Counted from the first letter of the stretch, positions 46,423 through 56,186 are shown. The stretch: 56,186 bases of DNA from a virus (IMGVR_UViG_3300035670_000259:1-56186), one strand, 5' to 3'. A program made the numbers and translations. Notes: generated from the sequence alone by a model not told the origin.

Positions 46423-46581
46423 GCTGGTGTGATAAAAAACGTATGCGCTCTTGGACAGTAGCAGAGATTCAAGATTGGTATGACAACCATCCTGATCTTA
46501 CTCTTAGTGCGTATGCTAAGGCTCTAGGATTGACAGTGGCTCGTCTAAAAGATATTTTGATGTCCTAACAAAAGGTGTAAT

Positions 46582-47124
46582 ATGGGCAACATCTGGGTAA
46601 CCAGTGACACTCACTTTAACCATGTCAACATTCTCAGGTTCACCGATAGCAATACCGATGAACTTATTCGTCCCGGTTTCAAAGATGTTACCGAAATGAA
46701 TGAATTGATGATCCAGCGTTGGAACGAAGTTGTTCGTCCTGGTGATAAAGTATACCACCTCGGTGACGTGTTCTTTGGCGACAAAGAATGGTTTCAAAAG
46801 ACGTGGCCTCGTTTGATGGGTAGCAAACGCCTCATTGTTGGTAATCATGATGATGTAAGGTATCTCTCTTCAGGTGGTTTCTTCGCAAAGGTTATGATGT
46901 GGCGTATGATGCCAGAGTTTGGCATTCTCATGAGTCACGTTCCGCTTCATGAAAGCAGCCTGATGCGAGGTGCTAAAGGTGATAAGCCTATGTTGAACGT
47001 ACATGGTCATATTCATCAGAATCCTTCTCCAAAAGGGCCTTATCATTGTGTATGCGTCGAACAAACTGATTATCGTCCAGTACATATCGAAGATCTTGCA
47101 AAAGTGAGTAAATATAAATGCTAG
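46582..47124 (+). CDS. Calcineurin-like metallophosphoesterase
   Basis: SDTHFNH, LGDV, GNHD, SHVP, HGHIH. Confidence 0.93.
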   Translation: MGNIWVTSDTHFNHVNILRFTDSNTDELIRPGFKDVTEMNELMIQRWNEVVRPGDKVYHLGDVFFGDKEWFQKTWPRLMGSKRLIVGNHDDVRYLSSGGFFAKVMMWRMMPEFGILMSHVPLHESSLMRGAKGDKPMLNVHGHIHQNPSPKGPYHCVCVEQTDYRPVHIEDLAKVSKYKC

Positions 47125-47564
47125 TAGTATTTGACATTGATGGCACCCTGGCTAACATCGAGCATCGACTCGACTATGTTCGCAGCAAGCCTAAAAACTG
47201 GAAGGCGTTTGACGCAGGGATTCCAAATGATAAGGTGAATCCTCATGTAGCAGAAGTTTTTCGTCAAATGGCAGATTTTGGTCACGATGTTGTTTTGGCA
47301 AGCGGTCGTAACGAACGCAGTCGTGTAGCCACGGAGCAGTGGCTTTTTGATAACGATCTTCGTTGTTATGAAAAACTCTACATGCGTAAGGCAGACGACT
47401 TTCGTAGTGACGATATAGTGAAGAGAGAGATACTTGATCAAATTATCGCTGACTACGGTTGCAAGCCTGACATGGTGTTTGATGATCGTCCACGAGTAGT
47501 TCGTATGTGGCGTGACAACGGTATCTTTGTTTTCAACGTATACCAAGGTGAAGAGGACTTCTAA
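47118..47564 (+). CDS. HAD 3'-phosphatase (T4 Pnkp C-terminal domain-like)
   Basis: FDIDGTLA, SGR, MRKADDFRSD.IVK, FDDRPRVV. Confidence 0.9.
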   Translation: MLVVFDIDGTLANIEHRLDYVRSKPKNWKAFDAGIPNDKVNPHVAEVFRQMADFGHDVVLASGRNERSRVATEQWLFDNDLRCYEKLYMRKADDFRSDDIVKREILDQIIADYGCKPDMVFDDRPRVVRMWRDNGIFVFNVYQGEEDF

Positions 47565-48112
47565 TGTCTCAGCCTATTTGTTATGTAATGGTTGGCTTGC
47601 CTGGATTGGGCAAGTCGACTCTCGTGAAAGATCAACGCAAAGTATATGAACGCATCGATATAGATGTGTTTGTGTATAGCACTGATGGCATTCTTGAGCG
47701 TATTGCCGATTTTCTTGGTAAGACCTATGATAACGTATTCGAAGAGCATATCAAAAGTGCTACAGCAGAGGCAGACATTGATCTTGCACATGCTATCAAG
47801 GAACGTCAAGACATTATCTGGGACCAAACCAACCTCAGTGCCAAGAAGCGAGCTAAGATCATCAATCGTATGCGGCAGGCTGGTTATCAAGTTCGTTGTG
47901 AGTGTATCATTCCGCCCGAAGCAGGTTGGATTGATGATCAAAAAGCGTGGGCATATCGCTTGCGTAATCGTCCTGGGAAAACTATTCCGCAGCATATCAT
48001 GAACAACATGATTGAAAGTTTTGTTGTTCCTACTGCGGACGAAGGTTTTGACATGATCACTTTCTACAACATGCACGGCGCACTGCTTGGGCTTAACTAC
48101 GGAGAAGACTAG
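47564..48112 (+). CDS. P-loop polynucleotide kinase (Pnkp kinase domain-like)
   Basis: VGLPGLGKST; DQTNLS.K.R; RPGKTIP. Confidence 0.85.
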   Translation: MSQPICYVMVGLPGLGKSTLVKDQRKVYERIDIDVFVYSTDGILERIADFLGKTYDNVFEEHIKSATAEADIDLAHAIKERQDIIWDQTNLSAKKRAKIINRMRQAGYQVRCECIIPPEAGWIDDQKAWAYRLRNRPGKTIPQHIMNNMIESFVVPTADEGFDMITFYNMHGALLGLNYGED

Positions 48113-48633
48113 TGAATGTTTTGCAACATCTTCACTCTCGTTACTTTGACTCTAACCTACATAAAGTCTGGATTGATGAAACGGAAGGTGTTGCAACTTA
48201 TCCACTGTGGAACCTTAGTGGTCAGATGGTAGGGTACCAGCAATATAGACCATCAGCTAATAAACAAAAAGATAATCATCCTAGAGATAGCCGATACTTT
48301 ACTTATCGTAAAGACAAAGTAGTTGGTGTTTGGGGATTAGAGAGTTGGAACCTATCTAACGTACTATTTGTAACTGAAGGAACATTCGATGCTTGCCGAC
48401 TTACTCGTCTTGGGCATTCTGCTATCGCTACCCTTTCTAACGATGTTGACGATAGCCTTAAGCGTTGGTTATGGACGATCCGTAAGATTCGCCTTGTCGT
48501 TGCTGTATGCGATAACGATGCTGCTGGGCGCCGTCTTGCTAAATATGGTCATCTATCACATGTAGTAGAGAGTGGCGATCTTGGAGACGCATCAGAAGAG
48601 TATGTGAAGCAGTTAATTGAGCTTTACGCTTGA
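48112..48633 (+). CDS. Toprim-domain (primase-like) protein
   Basis: VTEGTFDA and VCDNDAAG Toprim motifs. Confidence 0.8.
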   Translation: MNVLQHLHSRYFDSNLHKVWIDETEGVATYPLWNLSGQMVGYQQYRPSANKQKDNHPRDSRYFTYRKDKVVGVWGLESWNLSNVLFVTEGTFDACRLTRLGHSAIATLSNDVDDSLKRWLWTIRKIRLVVAVCDNDAAGRRLAKYGHLSHVVESGDLGDASEEYVKQLIELYA

Positions 48634-48687
48634 TTAGCTGCTTTTTCTATGCTATCTTAGATTAAGAAAAGATAAAGGGCTGCTAAA

Positions 48688-49848
48688 ATGAACTACCAGT
48701 TTCCTATCATTGAGACTATCAACGATGTGCTCCCACATATTGAAGGACGTGACGAGTTTGTCGTTGCGGAGCGTGAAGGCTACACTGTAATCAACTATGT
48801 AGTTGCAATGGCTGATACGTTTGATATGCACGATTCAGACGACGAAGGAAACTACGTCTATGACTGGACTGGTGCTATGCGTCGTGAATGCCGAGGATTG
48901 ATCTTCGATCGCGAAGGTCGTATCATGAGCCGTCCGTTCCACAAGTTCTTCAACATCAACGAGCGTGAAGAAACTCAGTCTCACTGTATTGATGTGTCGC
49001 AACCGCATGTGATCATGGAAAAGATGGATGGTTCAATGATCCGTCCTATCCTTGTTGATGGGCACTTGCGTCTTGCTACTAAGATGGGTGTAACTGAAGT
49101 GGCTATGCAGGCTGAGACTTGGCTTGCTACAAAAGATGATAGGTATAAAGGCTGGTTGCTGCATTGCATTAAAAATGGTATTACTCCAATTTTTGAATGG
49201 GTAAGCCCGTTCAACCAGATTGTTATTGCATATGATGAAGCAGAACTTGTTCTTCTTGCTATTCGTGATAATATTACTGGCGAATACTCTATGCCTAACT
49301 ATCAAGACGGTTGCCCGTTCACTGTTGTTCCTCGTTACGGTAGCGTAGCGGGTAACCTCAGTGACTATATTGCTCGTCAGCGTGGTGCAGAAGGTCGTGA
49401 AGGCGACATCATCCGCTTTGCTGACGGGCATATGGTCAAAGTAAAGAACGATTGGTACGTGCGTATTCACAAGACTGTGGATCGTATTGTATTTGATCGT
49501 AACATTGTGAACTTGATCATCAATGAAGAAGTCGATGACGTTGTTCCGATGCTGCCTCAAGTGCAGGCTGATCGTGTGCGTGACTTTGAGACTCGTTTCT
49601 GGAGTGCTTTCAAAGTGAAAGAGGATCGTCTTCTTGCAGAGCGTGATATCGTAGGGCAACTATATAACAATGACCGTAAGCGGATTGCTCTTGAGTTCAT
49701 TCCGACTCTGGAAGACAAGGCTGACGCATCGTTCATCTTCCGTATGCTTGATGGTCATAGCGTTCGTGAGTTAATGTTACAGCATATTGAAAAGAATATA
49801 AACACCAACGTCAAATGGGATGAATGTGCAAAATGGATGGGGATGTGA
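48688..49848 (+). CDS. rnlA: T4 RNA ligase 1-like (Rnl1)
   Basis: RECRGLIF, RPFHKFFN, EKMDGS (motif I), FEW..P.NQIV, EG.I, KVKNDWY. Confidence 0.93.
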   Translation: MNYQFPIIETINDVLPHIEGRDEFVVAEREGYTVINYVVAMADTFDMHDSDDEGNYVYDWTGAMRRECRGLIFDREGRIMSRPFHKFFNINEREETQSHCIDVSQPHVIMEKMDGSMIRPILVDGHLRLATKMGVTEVAMQAETWLATKDDRYKGWLLHCIKNGITPIFEWVSPFNQIVIAYDEAELVLLAIRDNITGEYSMPNYQDGCPFTVVPRYGSVAGNLSDYIARQRGAEGREGDIIRFADGHMVKVKNDWYVRIHKTVDRIVFDRNIVNLIINEEVDDVVPMLPQVQADRVRDFETRFWSAFKVKEDRLLAERDIVGQLYNNDRKRIALEFIPTLEDKADASFIFRMLDGHSVRELMLQHIEKNINTNVKWDECAKWMGM

Positions 49849-49850
49849 AA

Positions 49851-50129
49851 ATGAGTGAGTTTCTTAGCGTTACTTTGTATGAACGACCTGATGGGCGGTC
49901 TCGTCAGGTAGAGATGCGTAATATCGAGCCTGAAGATATTCACTTTTTTGAGTCTAACCGTCTAAAAGTTTCTATCGAAGAGTTGACAACTGGTGAGTTG
50001 GTAGTTTATGCTTGTCCTTATAACGATTATTCAGAAGAAAGCGAAGTAATGGTTCTATCAGGTAGTCGTTCTTGCAAAGAGACTATGAAAGATTTGCGTA
50101 CCTATTGTGAAGAGGCTTTTAATCTATGA
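49851..50129 (+). CDS. Hypothetical protein
   Basis: ORF after rnlA. Confidence 0.55.
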   Translation: MSEFLSVTLYERPDGRSRQVEMRNIEPEDIHFFESNRLKVSIEELTTGELVVYACPYNDYSEESEVMVLSGSRSCKETMKDLRTYCEEAFNL

Positions 50130-50425
50130 ATGACTCTATCATAAACAAACTAACTAAATTCTCAGAAGAGTTTCAACAAGCTGAAAAACAAATAGACAGC
50201 TCAATGGATTTTTGGTGGGAGTCTCTCACTAAAGAAGAACAAATGAATGCTTTTTATTGTGTAGTTAAGAGGCTTGTAAAGGGTGAACTAGTTGATAAAG
50301 GCTCTTATCGTTATGTGCTATATAAAACCTTTGGGTTCGGGCCTGAAAGCTATTCACTAGGTATGATGTGCGGGTTTATGAGCCTACACAATGCTATTGA
50401 AGCAGAAGTTGAATCGTTTACTTAA
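50126..50425 (+). CDS. Conserved phage hypothetical protein
   Basis: GSYRYVLY..FGFGPESY..G...G.M.LHNAI. Confidence 0.7.
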   Translation: MNDSIINKLTKFSEEFQQAEKQIDSSMDFWWESLTKEEQMNAFYCVVKRLVKGELVDKGSYRYVLYKTFGFGPESYSLGMMCGFMSLHNAIEAEVESFT

Positions 50426-50435
50426 GGAGTATAAG

Positions 50436-51161
50436 ATGCGTGTGAAAATTGGCCCGTATAAGTATTGGTTTGGTCCTTATCAGCTGGCCGAAAAACTCAT
50501 GTTCTGGGTTCCTAAAGAGCGTGACGAATACGGTATTCTGCGCACTGCTGATCGTGTTCACCGTTTTGGCGAGTGGCTTGCCTATGGTAAAGTCTTGCCT
50601 GAGCCTGCAGTTGGTGAAACTGTTGTTTGGGGTGAAGATCGGCCTACTACACTGATCTCCAAGTTTCTTAGCTGGCTTGATTCTAGGAAGAAGCGTAAGA
50701 TCGAAGTGCATATTGATCGCTGGGACACCTGGTCGATGGAAAGCACTCTTGGTTACATCATTCGTCCTATGCTCAAGCAACTGCGAGATAACAAGCACGG
50801 CGCGCCCTGGGTCGATGATGAAGATGTGCCTGAGGAACTGCGCAGCACTGCAGCTCCTCCCAAAGAACATGAGTGGGATACTGACGATAACCATTTTAAG
50901 CGTTGGGATTGGGTTCTCGACGAAATAATCTTCGCTTTTGAAAGTCTTGAGGGCGGGACTAACCAAGACTGGGAAGAGCAGTTTACCACTGGCGAGTATG
51001 ACTATCGCTTTAAAAAAATTGATGAAGATGGCACTAGTCAAATGGTTGAAGGCCCTAATCATACCGCCGAAACTGACTGGGATGCTCGTAAAGCGTATGC
51101 TAAGCGTATCAGCAACGGTTTTAGACTCTTCGGAAAGTACTACGAAAGCCTGTGGGACTAA
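50436..51161 (+). CDS. Conserved phage hypothetical protein
   Basis: AAGGAG RBS; WDTWSM..TL..II.PMLKQL...KHGAP...GFRLFGKYYESLWD. Confidence 0.8.
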   Translation: MRVKIGPYKYWFGPYQLAEKLMFWVPKERDEYGILRTADRVHRFGEWLAYGKVLPEPAVGETVVWGEDRPTTLISKFLSWLDSRKKRKIEVHIDRWDTWSMESTLGYIIRPMLKQLRDNKHGAPWVDDEDVPEELRSTAAPPKEHEWDTDDNHFKRWDWVLDEIIFAFESLEGGTNQDWEEQFTTGEYDYRFKKIDEDGTSQMVEGPNHTAETDWDARKAYAKRISNGFRLFGKYYESLWD

Positions 51162-51263
51162 AGCATATTTGCACATAGATAAGAGGCAAGGGTAAAGTAT
51201 AATTATCCTTGCCTTTTTGCATATAGTGTGCGATAATGTAAATATCAATTATAGGAGAGCCTT

Positions 51264-51881
51264 ATGTCTGCCCGTAACCTGATTAAGTCTTACCTTCGTC
51301 GTGCTACTCGTGACAGCCTTCTTGGTGTCGGCTGTTATAGTGCTGTAATGCGCGCAAATAATAGCCGCAATCAGGTAATTAAGATTGGTACTGAGGCTTG
51401 TGATCCTTGGCTTGATTACTACTATGAAGTAATTAAAGGCATGAACACGCCGCACACTCCTAAAGTTCATCGGCTCTATACTGATAGCGCTAAAAAATAC
51501 TATGTGGCGTTGATAGAAGAACTGACTCCCCTTGATGATGTAAACCGTGAGTTTGTAGAGTCTGTACGTCAGTATACTAAAAGTGATAACTCCTACTCGG
51601 AACTGAAGGCTGAAGCAGAGCAGATGCCTAGCATTCCGTGTGCTGAGCACTTTATTGCTTTTATTGATTATCTGCTAGAGCGTACTTCTGTGGTAAGCCG
51701 TTGGGAAGCAGAAGACTGCGATGAGGATGCACGCACTCTTGACATTCACAACGGTAACTGGATGCTTCGTGGAGACGGAACTCTAGTGCTTATTGACCCG
51801 TGGGCTCACTATGAGATCGAAGCTGATCTAAAGCACTGGGCAGACTATAATGTATATAATAAATATGGATATGCAGCATGA
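51264..51881 (+). CDS. Ser/Thr kinase-like protein (paralog of 14692-15282)
   Basis: LGVGCYSAV, VIKIG, DPW..Y, LDIHNGNWM, LIDPW. Confidence 0.75.
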   Translation: MSARNLIKSYLRRATRDSLLGVGCYSAVMRANNSRNQVIKIGTEACDPWLDYYYEVIKGMNTPHTPKVHRLYTDSAKKYYVALIEELTPLDDVNREFVESVRQYTKSDNSYSELKAEAEQMPSIPCAEHFIAFIDYLLERTSVVSRWEAEDCDEDARTLDIHNGNWMLRGDGTLVLIDPWAHYEIEADLKHWADYNVYNKYGYAA

Positions 51882-52078
51882 CAGATTTAAACTTTCAACT
51901 CGCTCGACTTCTTAAAAAGCATCAAGCGCTTCATGCAGAGATTGAGTTTCTAGAAGCACAACGAGAGCATGATAGAAGCTATCTAGCCTCTGTTACTCTT
52001 AAACAACTAAAACGTCAAAAGCTACAGCTAAAAGACTCTATTGCAGCGCTTGAAGCACAACTTAAGAGCACAGAATGA
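51878..52078 (+). CDS. DUF465/YdcH-like coiled-coil protein
   Basis: L.KKHQAL..EI...LKRQKLQLKDSI. Confidence 0.75.
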   Translation: MTDLNFQLARLLKKHQALHAEIEFLEAQREHDRSYLASVTLKQLKRQKLQLKDSIAALEAQLKSTE

Positions 52079-52287
52079 CGTATCTATATCGTGTAGAAAA
52101 AAATGATAGAAGTGCTCAAATTGAGCTCGTAGACGAAGTGCTAGAGGTTCACTATTATGAGAGCACTTCTTACGTTGGCACTATTGAGTACCCAGATAAA
52201 AGCTATGAGTATGCTCTTAGTGCAGCTTGCAACTGGGTAGATCTAATTATGACTAGAGACACACTAGACGAGTATAAACGCACATGA
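52075..52287 (+). CDS. Hypothetical protein
   Basis: Coupled ORF. Confidence 0.55.
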   Translation: MTYLYRVEKNDRSAQIELVDEVLEVHYYESTSYVGTIEYPDKSYEYALSAACNWVDLIMTRDTLDEYKRT

Positions 52288-52505
52288 AAGTTCAGTCTCC
52301 TTTTCTTGCTAGCCTTGCGGTTGAGTGTGCTCAAGGTGCTGGAGCTACAAGTATAGATGCTACAGTATATGCACTAATGGCTACTCATGTTACTGAGATT
52401 ATTAATGCTGCAGATAGTGATGAAGAGGCGCTGCTTAGTTTAGCAGCCAGTGTTGTAATGCTACTAGCAGAAAACTTTGAACTTCAGAGGCGCGTGTTAA
52501 AATGA
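52284..52505 (+). CDS. Hypothetical protein
   Basis: Coupled ORF. Confidence 0.55.
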   Translation: MKVQSPFLASLAVECAQGAGATSIDATVYALMATHVTEIINAADSDEEALLSLAASVVMLLAENFELQRRVLK

Positions 52506-52650
52506 TCTGCACAGTGCAAGAAGATCCTGAAAGTGGCGAACTGTTTATTGAGCTGCCTCTAGAACTAATTGAAGCCTTAAACTGGTCAAACGTTACAAGC
52601 CTAGCTTGGACTATCTCTTCAAACAACTGTGTATATTTAAGTGAAGCTAA

Positions 52651-54429
52651 ATGAAAATATCAATTCCTGCAACTTTTCCTGTTACTACAGTTAATAACGT
52701 CCTTGAGTTTCTTGATGGTACAAAAGAGCGTTCGCTGCTTTGTGCGCAGACTCGTGCTGGTAAGACTCTGCTTGCTACCTATGCGCTAGCAAAGATTAAG
52801 CATGACTATCCGCAAGCTATGTGCATTATTTTTGGCCCTAACCTCACAGCTTTTCCTGCTGACGTTATCTCAAAGTGTGAAAATATTCCTTCAATCTCTG
52901 ATCTTGGTATTGAAGCGCGTAGCATCAGTGGCAAGAATGAGCTGCTGTTCGCTAAAGATTGGGGAGGCTCGTCTGAGGCTTCTAACATCATCTGGGCTAT
53001 TAACGCTGACCATACTTATGTGTCTAAGTTTATTGACTCTTATCTAGAAGAGTTTACGCACAAAGAGGTATATATTGTAATCGACGAAGCGCATCTTGGC
53101 GGTGAGAAAACTTATGCACTGCTGCATGAGCTGTATCGTTATCCAAATGTTTCAGTGCTAGAAACTACAGCTACGTTTAGAAATCGTATCTATACTCCAA
53201 CGCTGCCTACTATTAATGTGCTTGCGGCTACCTCTAACTATCGTTCGCCTCTGGATGCAGAACTAGTTGAAATTTCAGAGGGCGCTAACACTTATAGCGT
53301 TAAGCATAAGCGTTTGCATGACGAGTATATTGAGCTACTTGAGAGTGAGTTTAGCGCTCCGCAAAGCCTAGTGCTAATCTCTGGTCAAAACAAAACAGAG
53401 TTTCACGCTACTGCACACTATCAAGTGCTGCAAGCAGCTCGTAAAACTGGAACGCGTGTAGGCATTCTGATCGTAAATGAAGGAGCTCCTCGTCTTACAG
53501 ACTCACAAAGCGGTGAGACTATTTTGCTTGTAAAACCTGATTCTACACAAGCAATTAAAGATGCGTCAACTCTAGTTGATCGTGCTCACTATCAGCATGG
53601 ATATGATCATATTGTAATGATTGGTCACCAAATGCTGCAGATGGGTCAAACTATTGGCGCTCTCAACTTTCCTATGACCCTGCAGCTGCTGGTTCACTCT
53701 ATGTCGTCTAATCAGCGAGCAGAGTCTATCACTCAGTGGGTTCGTACTGGCGGTATTAATATCACACGACCCCAGCGCATTGCAATGACTCGTGCTAAGT
53801 GGTCAGATGTGTGTGCTTATGTAAGTGCTAATGATGAACTAGCTCGTAGAGTGGTAAATCGCAGTCCTGCAGAAGCAATTGAAATTCTAAAGCGAGAATA
53901 TCTATCGCTCCGCACTCTGCGAGTAGAGCATGGTGCTTGGCAAGTTGCTTATGAAGAACCTGACTGGAATCGTCTTGAACCTATTACGCAGCTATTTAAA
54001 GTTCCACTGCCTGAACAGTTTCGTGAAGCAATGATTCAACGCGCTGGGCTACGTCGTAATACTACAGCACTAAATGCTTGGGTTAAAGCACAGATTAAAG
54101 AACAGCCTTGGTATCGTTCAGATATGAGCATCAATACTGTTCGATCCGTTGCAAAACTGCAGAGCGATAGGTTTGGCGGTTCAGATATTCAAGTATACAT
54201 CAATCGTGATCCTGCTTCAGAAGAATCATGGAGACGAAATGTGACCTGCTGGATTGATCCTCATAACTCTGATTTGCTAGCTATTCGATTCAGACCCTAT
54301 GAACTACCGAGCACAGGTCTTGTGCATGACTACTATGGAGAACTACGATTCTTTGGGCCTCGTGGCTATGTGCTAGTTCCCCCTACACCGGCTAGTGCTG
54401 ATAGCGCTCAGCTAGAACTAAGCTTTTAA
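52651..54429 (+). CDS. Divergent SF2 helicase/ATPase-like protein
   Basis: AQTRAGKT Walker A, IVIDEAH, TTAT motif III; later motifs divergent. Confidence 0.7.
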   Translation: MKISIPATFPVTTVNNVLEFLDGTKERSLLCAQTRAGKTLLATYALAKIKHDYPQAMCIIFGPNLTAFPADVISKCENIPSISDLGIEARSISGKNELLFAKDWGGSSEASNIIWAINADHTYVSKFIDSYLEEFTHKEVYIVIDEAHLGGEKTYALLHELYRYPNVSVLETTATFRNRIYTPTLPTINVLAATSNYRSPLDAELVEISEGANTYSVKHKRLHDEYIELLESEFSAPQSLVLISGQNKTEFHATAHYQVLQAARKTGTRVGILIVNEGAPRLTDSQSGETILLVKPDSTQAIKDASTLVDRAHYQHGYDHIVMIGHQMLQMGQTIGALNFPMTLQLLVHSMSSNQRAESITQWVRTGGINITRPQRIAMTRAKWSDVCAYVSANDELARRVVNRSPAEAIEILKREYLSLRTLRVEHGAWQVAYEEPDWNRLEPITQLFKVPLPEQFREAMIQRAGLRRNTTALNAWVKAQIKEQPWYRSDMSINTVRSVAKLQSDRFGGSDIQVYINRDPASEESWRRNVTCWIDPHNSDLLAIRFRPYELPSTGLVHDYYGELRFFGPRGYVLVPPTPASADSAQLELSF

Positions 54430-54438
54430 GGAGATACT

Positions 54439-54759
54439 ATGACAACTGAAACTAACGAACTAATTAAAGATGTGCTGCCTGCACTTGACGAACTTATTGC
54501 GCTGCTTGAGTATTATGATAACTCAACTTATAAGGCTGCAGTATCATCAATCGCAGAAGCACTTTCTCGCCGCGGACTCACTGCGTTTGATGATAAGTCA
54601 CTCTACTTTGATCCTACTCGCTGTGACGTGCACCAAGAGATTCCACGAGAAGACTGCACACAACCTTATGTGCTAAAAACGCATGTTCGCGGATACTCTA
54701 TCAATGGCGAAGTTATTCGAAAGTCTATTGTAGATTTGGCAGTTCCTGCAGACGCCTAA
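54439..54759 (+). CDS. GrpE-like nucleotide exchange factor fragment
   Basis: LIKDVLPALDEL...FDP...V....RGY.ING.VIRKS.V. Confidence 0.7.
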   Translation: MTTETNELIKDVLPALDELIALLEYYDNSTYKAAVSSIAEALSRRGLTAFDDKSLYFDPTRCDVHQEIPREDCTQPYVLKTHVRGYSINGEVIRKSIVDLAVPADA

Positions 54760-54801
54760 GTCTTGCTAGAGCGCTTCATCTATGCTATATTTAATGCATA
54801 G

Positions 54802-55197
54802 ATGGAGCATACAATGAATTATCGATATACAGTTACAAAAGATGCTGATAGCAGCCTTGCAGGACAGCCTGCAAGGCTAGTGCTGATGTTTGAAGAAGGC
54901 TCAGCCCTTGAAGTTTCTCTAGATGATGTTGTAGCTATTACAAATTTCAGCACAGCGCTAAAGTCAAAAGGCTATGTAAACTACTCTTATGATGATGGTA
55001 AACGCTCTTGTGACTGCTATGGCGAGGTTCAAGGCGCTCAATCGTTTTATGTGATGTGTTATGAGCCTGAAGATGATACGCTCTGGACACAGCACAATAC
55101 TGAGACGCGCAAACCTTTCAAAGACTGGGTAGAAGTTCTATCATTTATGCTGCGCAACTACTGTGACAAGATTGAGCTTATTGAAGCGATTCACTAA
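54802..55197 (+). CDS. Hypothetical protein
   Basis: 131 aa ORF after TTGCTA promoter. Confidence 0.55.
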   Translation: MEHTMNYRYTVTKDADSSLAGQPARLVLMFEEGSALEVSLDDVVAITNFSTALKSKGYVNYSYDDGKRSCDCYGEVQGAQSFYVMCYEPEDDTLWTQHNTETRKPFKDWVEVLSFMLRNYCDKIELIEAIH

Positions 55198-55199
55198 TA

Positions 55200-55436
55200 T
55201 TGGAGATGCATATGCCACTACCGCCTGGACGAAGTCCTCTGCCAAATGCATGGTTTAGTCGTTGGTTTAATACTTCAGACATACAAGAGGTTAGCATTCC
55301 TCAAGTCTCTCGTATAGAAGTTATTGACGAGCGCGGACGCTCATATGTAACGCATCATGCCGCTAATGTTATGCTAAGCCTTCAAGATGGCGGACGAACT
55401 CTTAAAATTTTTACGCAAGGAACGAAAGATGTTTGA
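55200..55436 (+). CDS. Conserved phage hypothetical protein
   Basis: V.R.EVID..GR.YV...SLQD.GRTLKIF. Confidence 0.65.
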   Translation: MEMHMPLPPGRSPLPNAWFSRWFNTSDIQEVSIPQVSRIEVIDERGRSYVTHHAANVMLSLQDGGRTLKIFTQGTKDV

Positions 55437-55731
55437 AACTAAAGCACAACGCCTTGAACGCGCTCGCCGTGATCTTGCTCAAACGCTCGCTCGTGTGGGA
55501 TATCGCGGTACTGCTAAGCGAGGATCGTCTACTCTAAAGATTGAGTCGTCTCCTAAACCTGCTGTTCCTACCTCAGACGCTATCCCTGCAAATGGCGCTC
55601 GTCGTCATCAACCGCAGTATACTGGATCAGAGCTTGCAGGAGTTGCGCTGCTGCACAAACAAGCATATGAGCCGATTCGCAAAGATAATCCTCAAGCTGC
55701 TATTGATTCAGCTAGAATGAGACGGTCATGA
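55429..55731 (+). CDS. Conserved phage hypothetical protein
   Basis: YTGSEL.GVA.LHKQ..EPI...A.MRR. Confidence 0.7.
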   Translation: MFETKAQRLERARRDLAQTLARVGYRGTAKRGSSTLKIESSPKPAVPTSDAIPANGARRHQPQYTGSELAGVALLHKQAYEPIRKDNPQAAIDSARMRRS

Positions 55732-55913
55732 TTCGCTGGTACGACTATGCACTCGCCGTGCTAGCCGCAGATCTTATGCTCTCTTTCTCGCTCGCTGCAC
55801 TCGCTGCGCCGTCTCTTCTATATAGCACATTATTTGGAACTCTTGCCGGAACTGTCTACACTCTTTGGACTGTTGACTACTGTGCTTTCAGACTAAAACA
55901 GGAAACAAAATGA
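55728..55913 (+). CDS. Small membrane protein
   Basis: MIRWYDY plus two hydrophobic segments. Confidence 0.55.
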   Translation: MIRWYDYALAVLAADLMLSFSLAALAAPSLLYSTLFGTLAGTVYTLWTVDYCAFRLKQETK

Positions 55914-56131
55914 ACTCAGATCGTTTTACCTCTTGGGCCGAAGATATCATTGCCTATGCTAATGACCACTATGAAGAAGATGGCTGGGACTACATCATTG
56001 AATCCTTTGGAGTAGATGATGTAGTTGACCTTATTTCTTGGTGCACTTCATATGACGAAGCGCTGTTCGTTGTAGCCACTCATGCACGAATCTATGATGA
56101 ACGCCGAACTGAAGTTCAGTCGCAGATCTAA
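55910..56131 (+). CDS. Hypothetical protein
   Basis: YANDHYEEDGWDYIIE motif. Confidence 0.6.
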   Translation: MNSDRFTSWAEDIIAYANDHYEEDGWDYIIESFGVDDVVDLISWCTSYDEALFVVATHARIYDERRTEVQSQI

Positions 56132-56142
56132 TAGAGGCTAAA

Positions 56143-56186
56143 ATGAAAACTAGACTAATTGGAGATATTCACGGCGACTTCTACAG
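56143..56186 (+). CDS. Metallophosphoesterase, N-terminal fragment (3' truncated by window)
   Basis: GAGG RBS; MKTRLIGDIHGDFY. Confidence 0.75.
   Translation, partial: MKTRLIGDIHGDFY

Noticed and set aside
50418-51248. 276-aa minus-strand ORF
   Set aside because: Antisense to a conserved plus-strand gene with a good RBS; no motifs.

Overview
A 56 kb, AT-rich (by eye), almost entirely plus-strand segment of a large lytic dsDNA phage. The host is probably an aquatic alphaproteobacterium, given the alpha-type tRNA-His with G1-U72/A73, a Rhodobacter-like porin, a phasin-like gene and TTGACA/TTGCTA-17-TGCTATA promoters. The left arm (1-10.8 kb) carries sugar-nucleotide and redox auxiliary genes, UvsE, an NAD-dependent DNA ligase and Hsp20. 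The centre (10.8-25.4 kb) is an RNA-rich region with 32 tRNA or tRNA-like genes covering all 20 amino acids. These include an amber suppressor (CTA), two A34 tRNAs (Thr-AGT, Ser-AGA) and an Ile-TAT. The centre also holds a probable GOLLD RNA, a probable manA-motif RNA, several unassigned structured RNAs, alternative oxidase, ornithine decarboxylase and an HNH nuclease. The right arm carries GroES, peroxiredoxin, porin, MazG, Ugd, Pho-box-preceded PstS, a GH19 endolysin, Gmd, an SPFH protein, many small early-type ORFs and an RNA-repair cluster (phosphoesterase, HAD phosphatase, kinase, T4 Rnl1-like ligase). The stand-out observation is a leader-peptide attenuator at 21003-21184. Its 11 consecutive central codons match all ten non-CAT tRNAs of the 11-tRNA operon directly downstream, suggesting a sensor that induces phage replacement tRNAs when the matching host tRNAs are depleted. 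All calls come from reading the sequence; no searches or folding programs were run.
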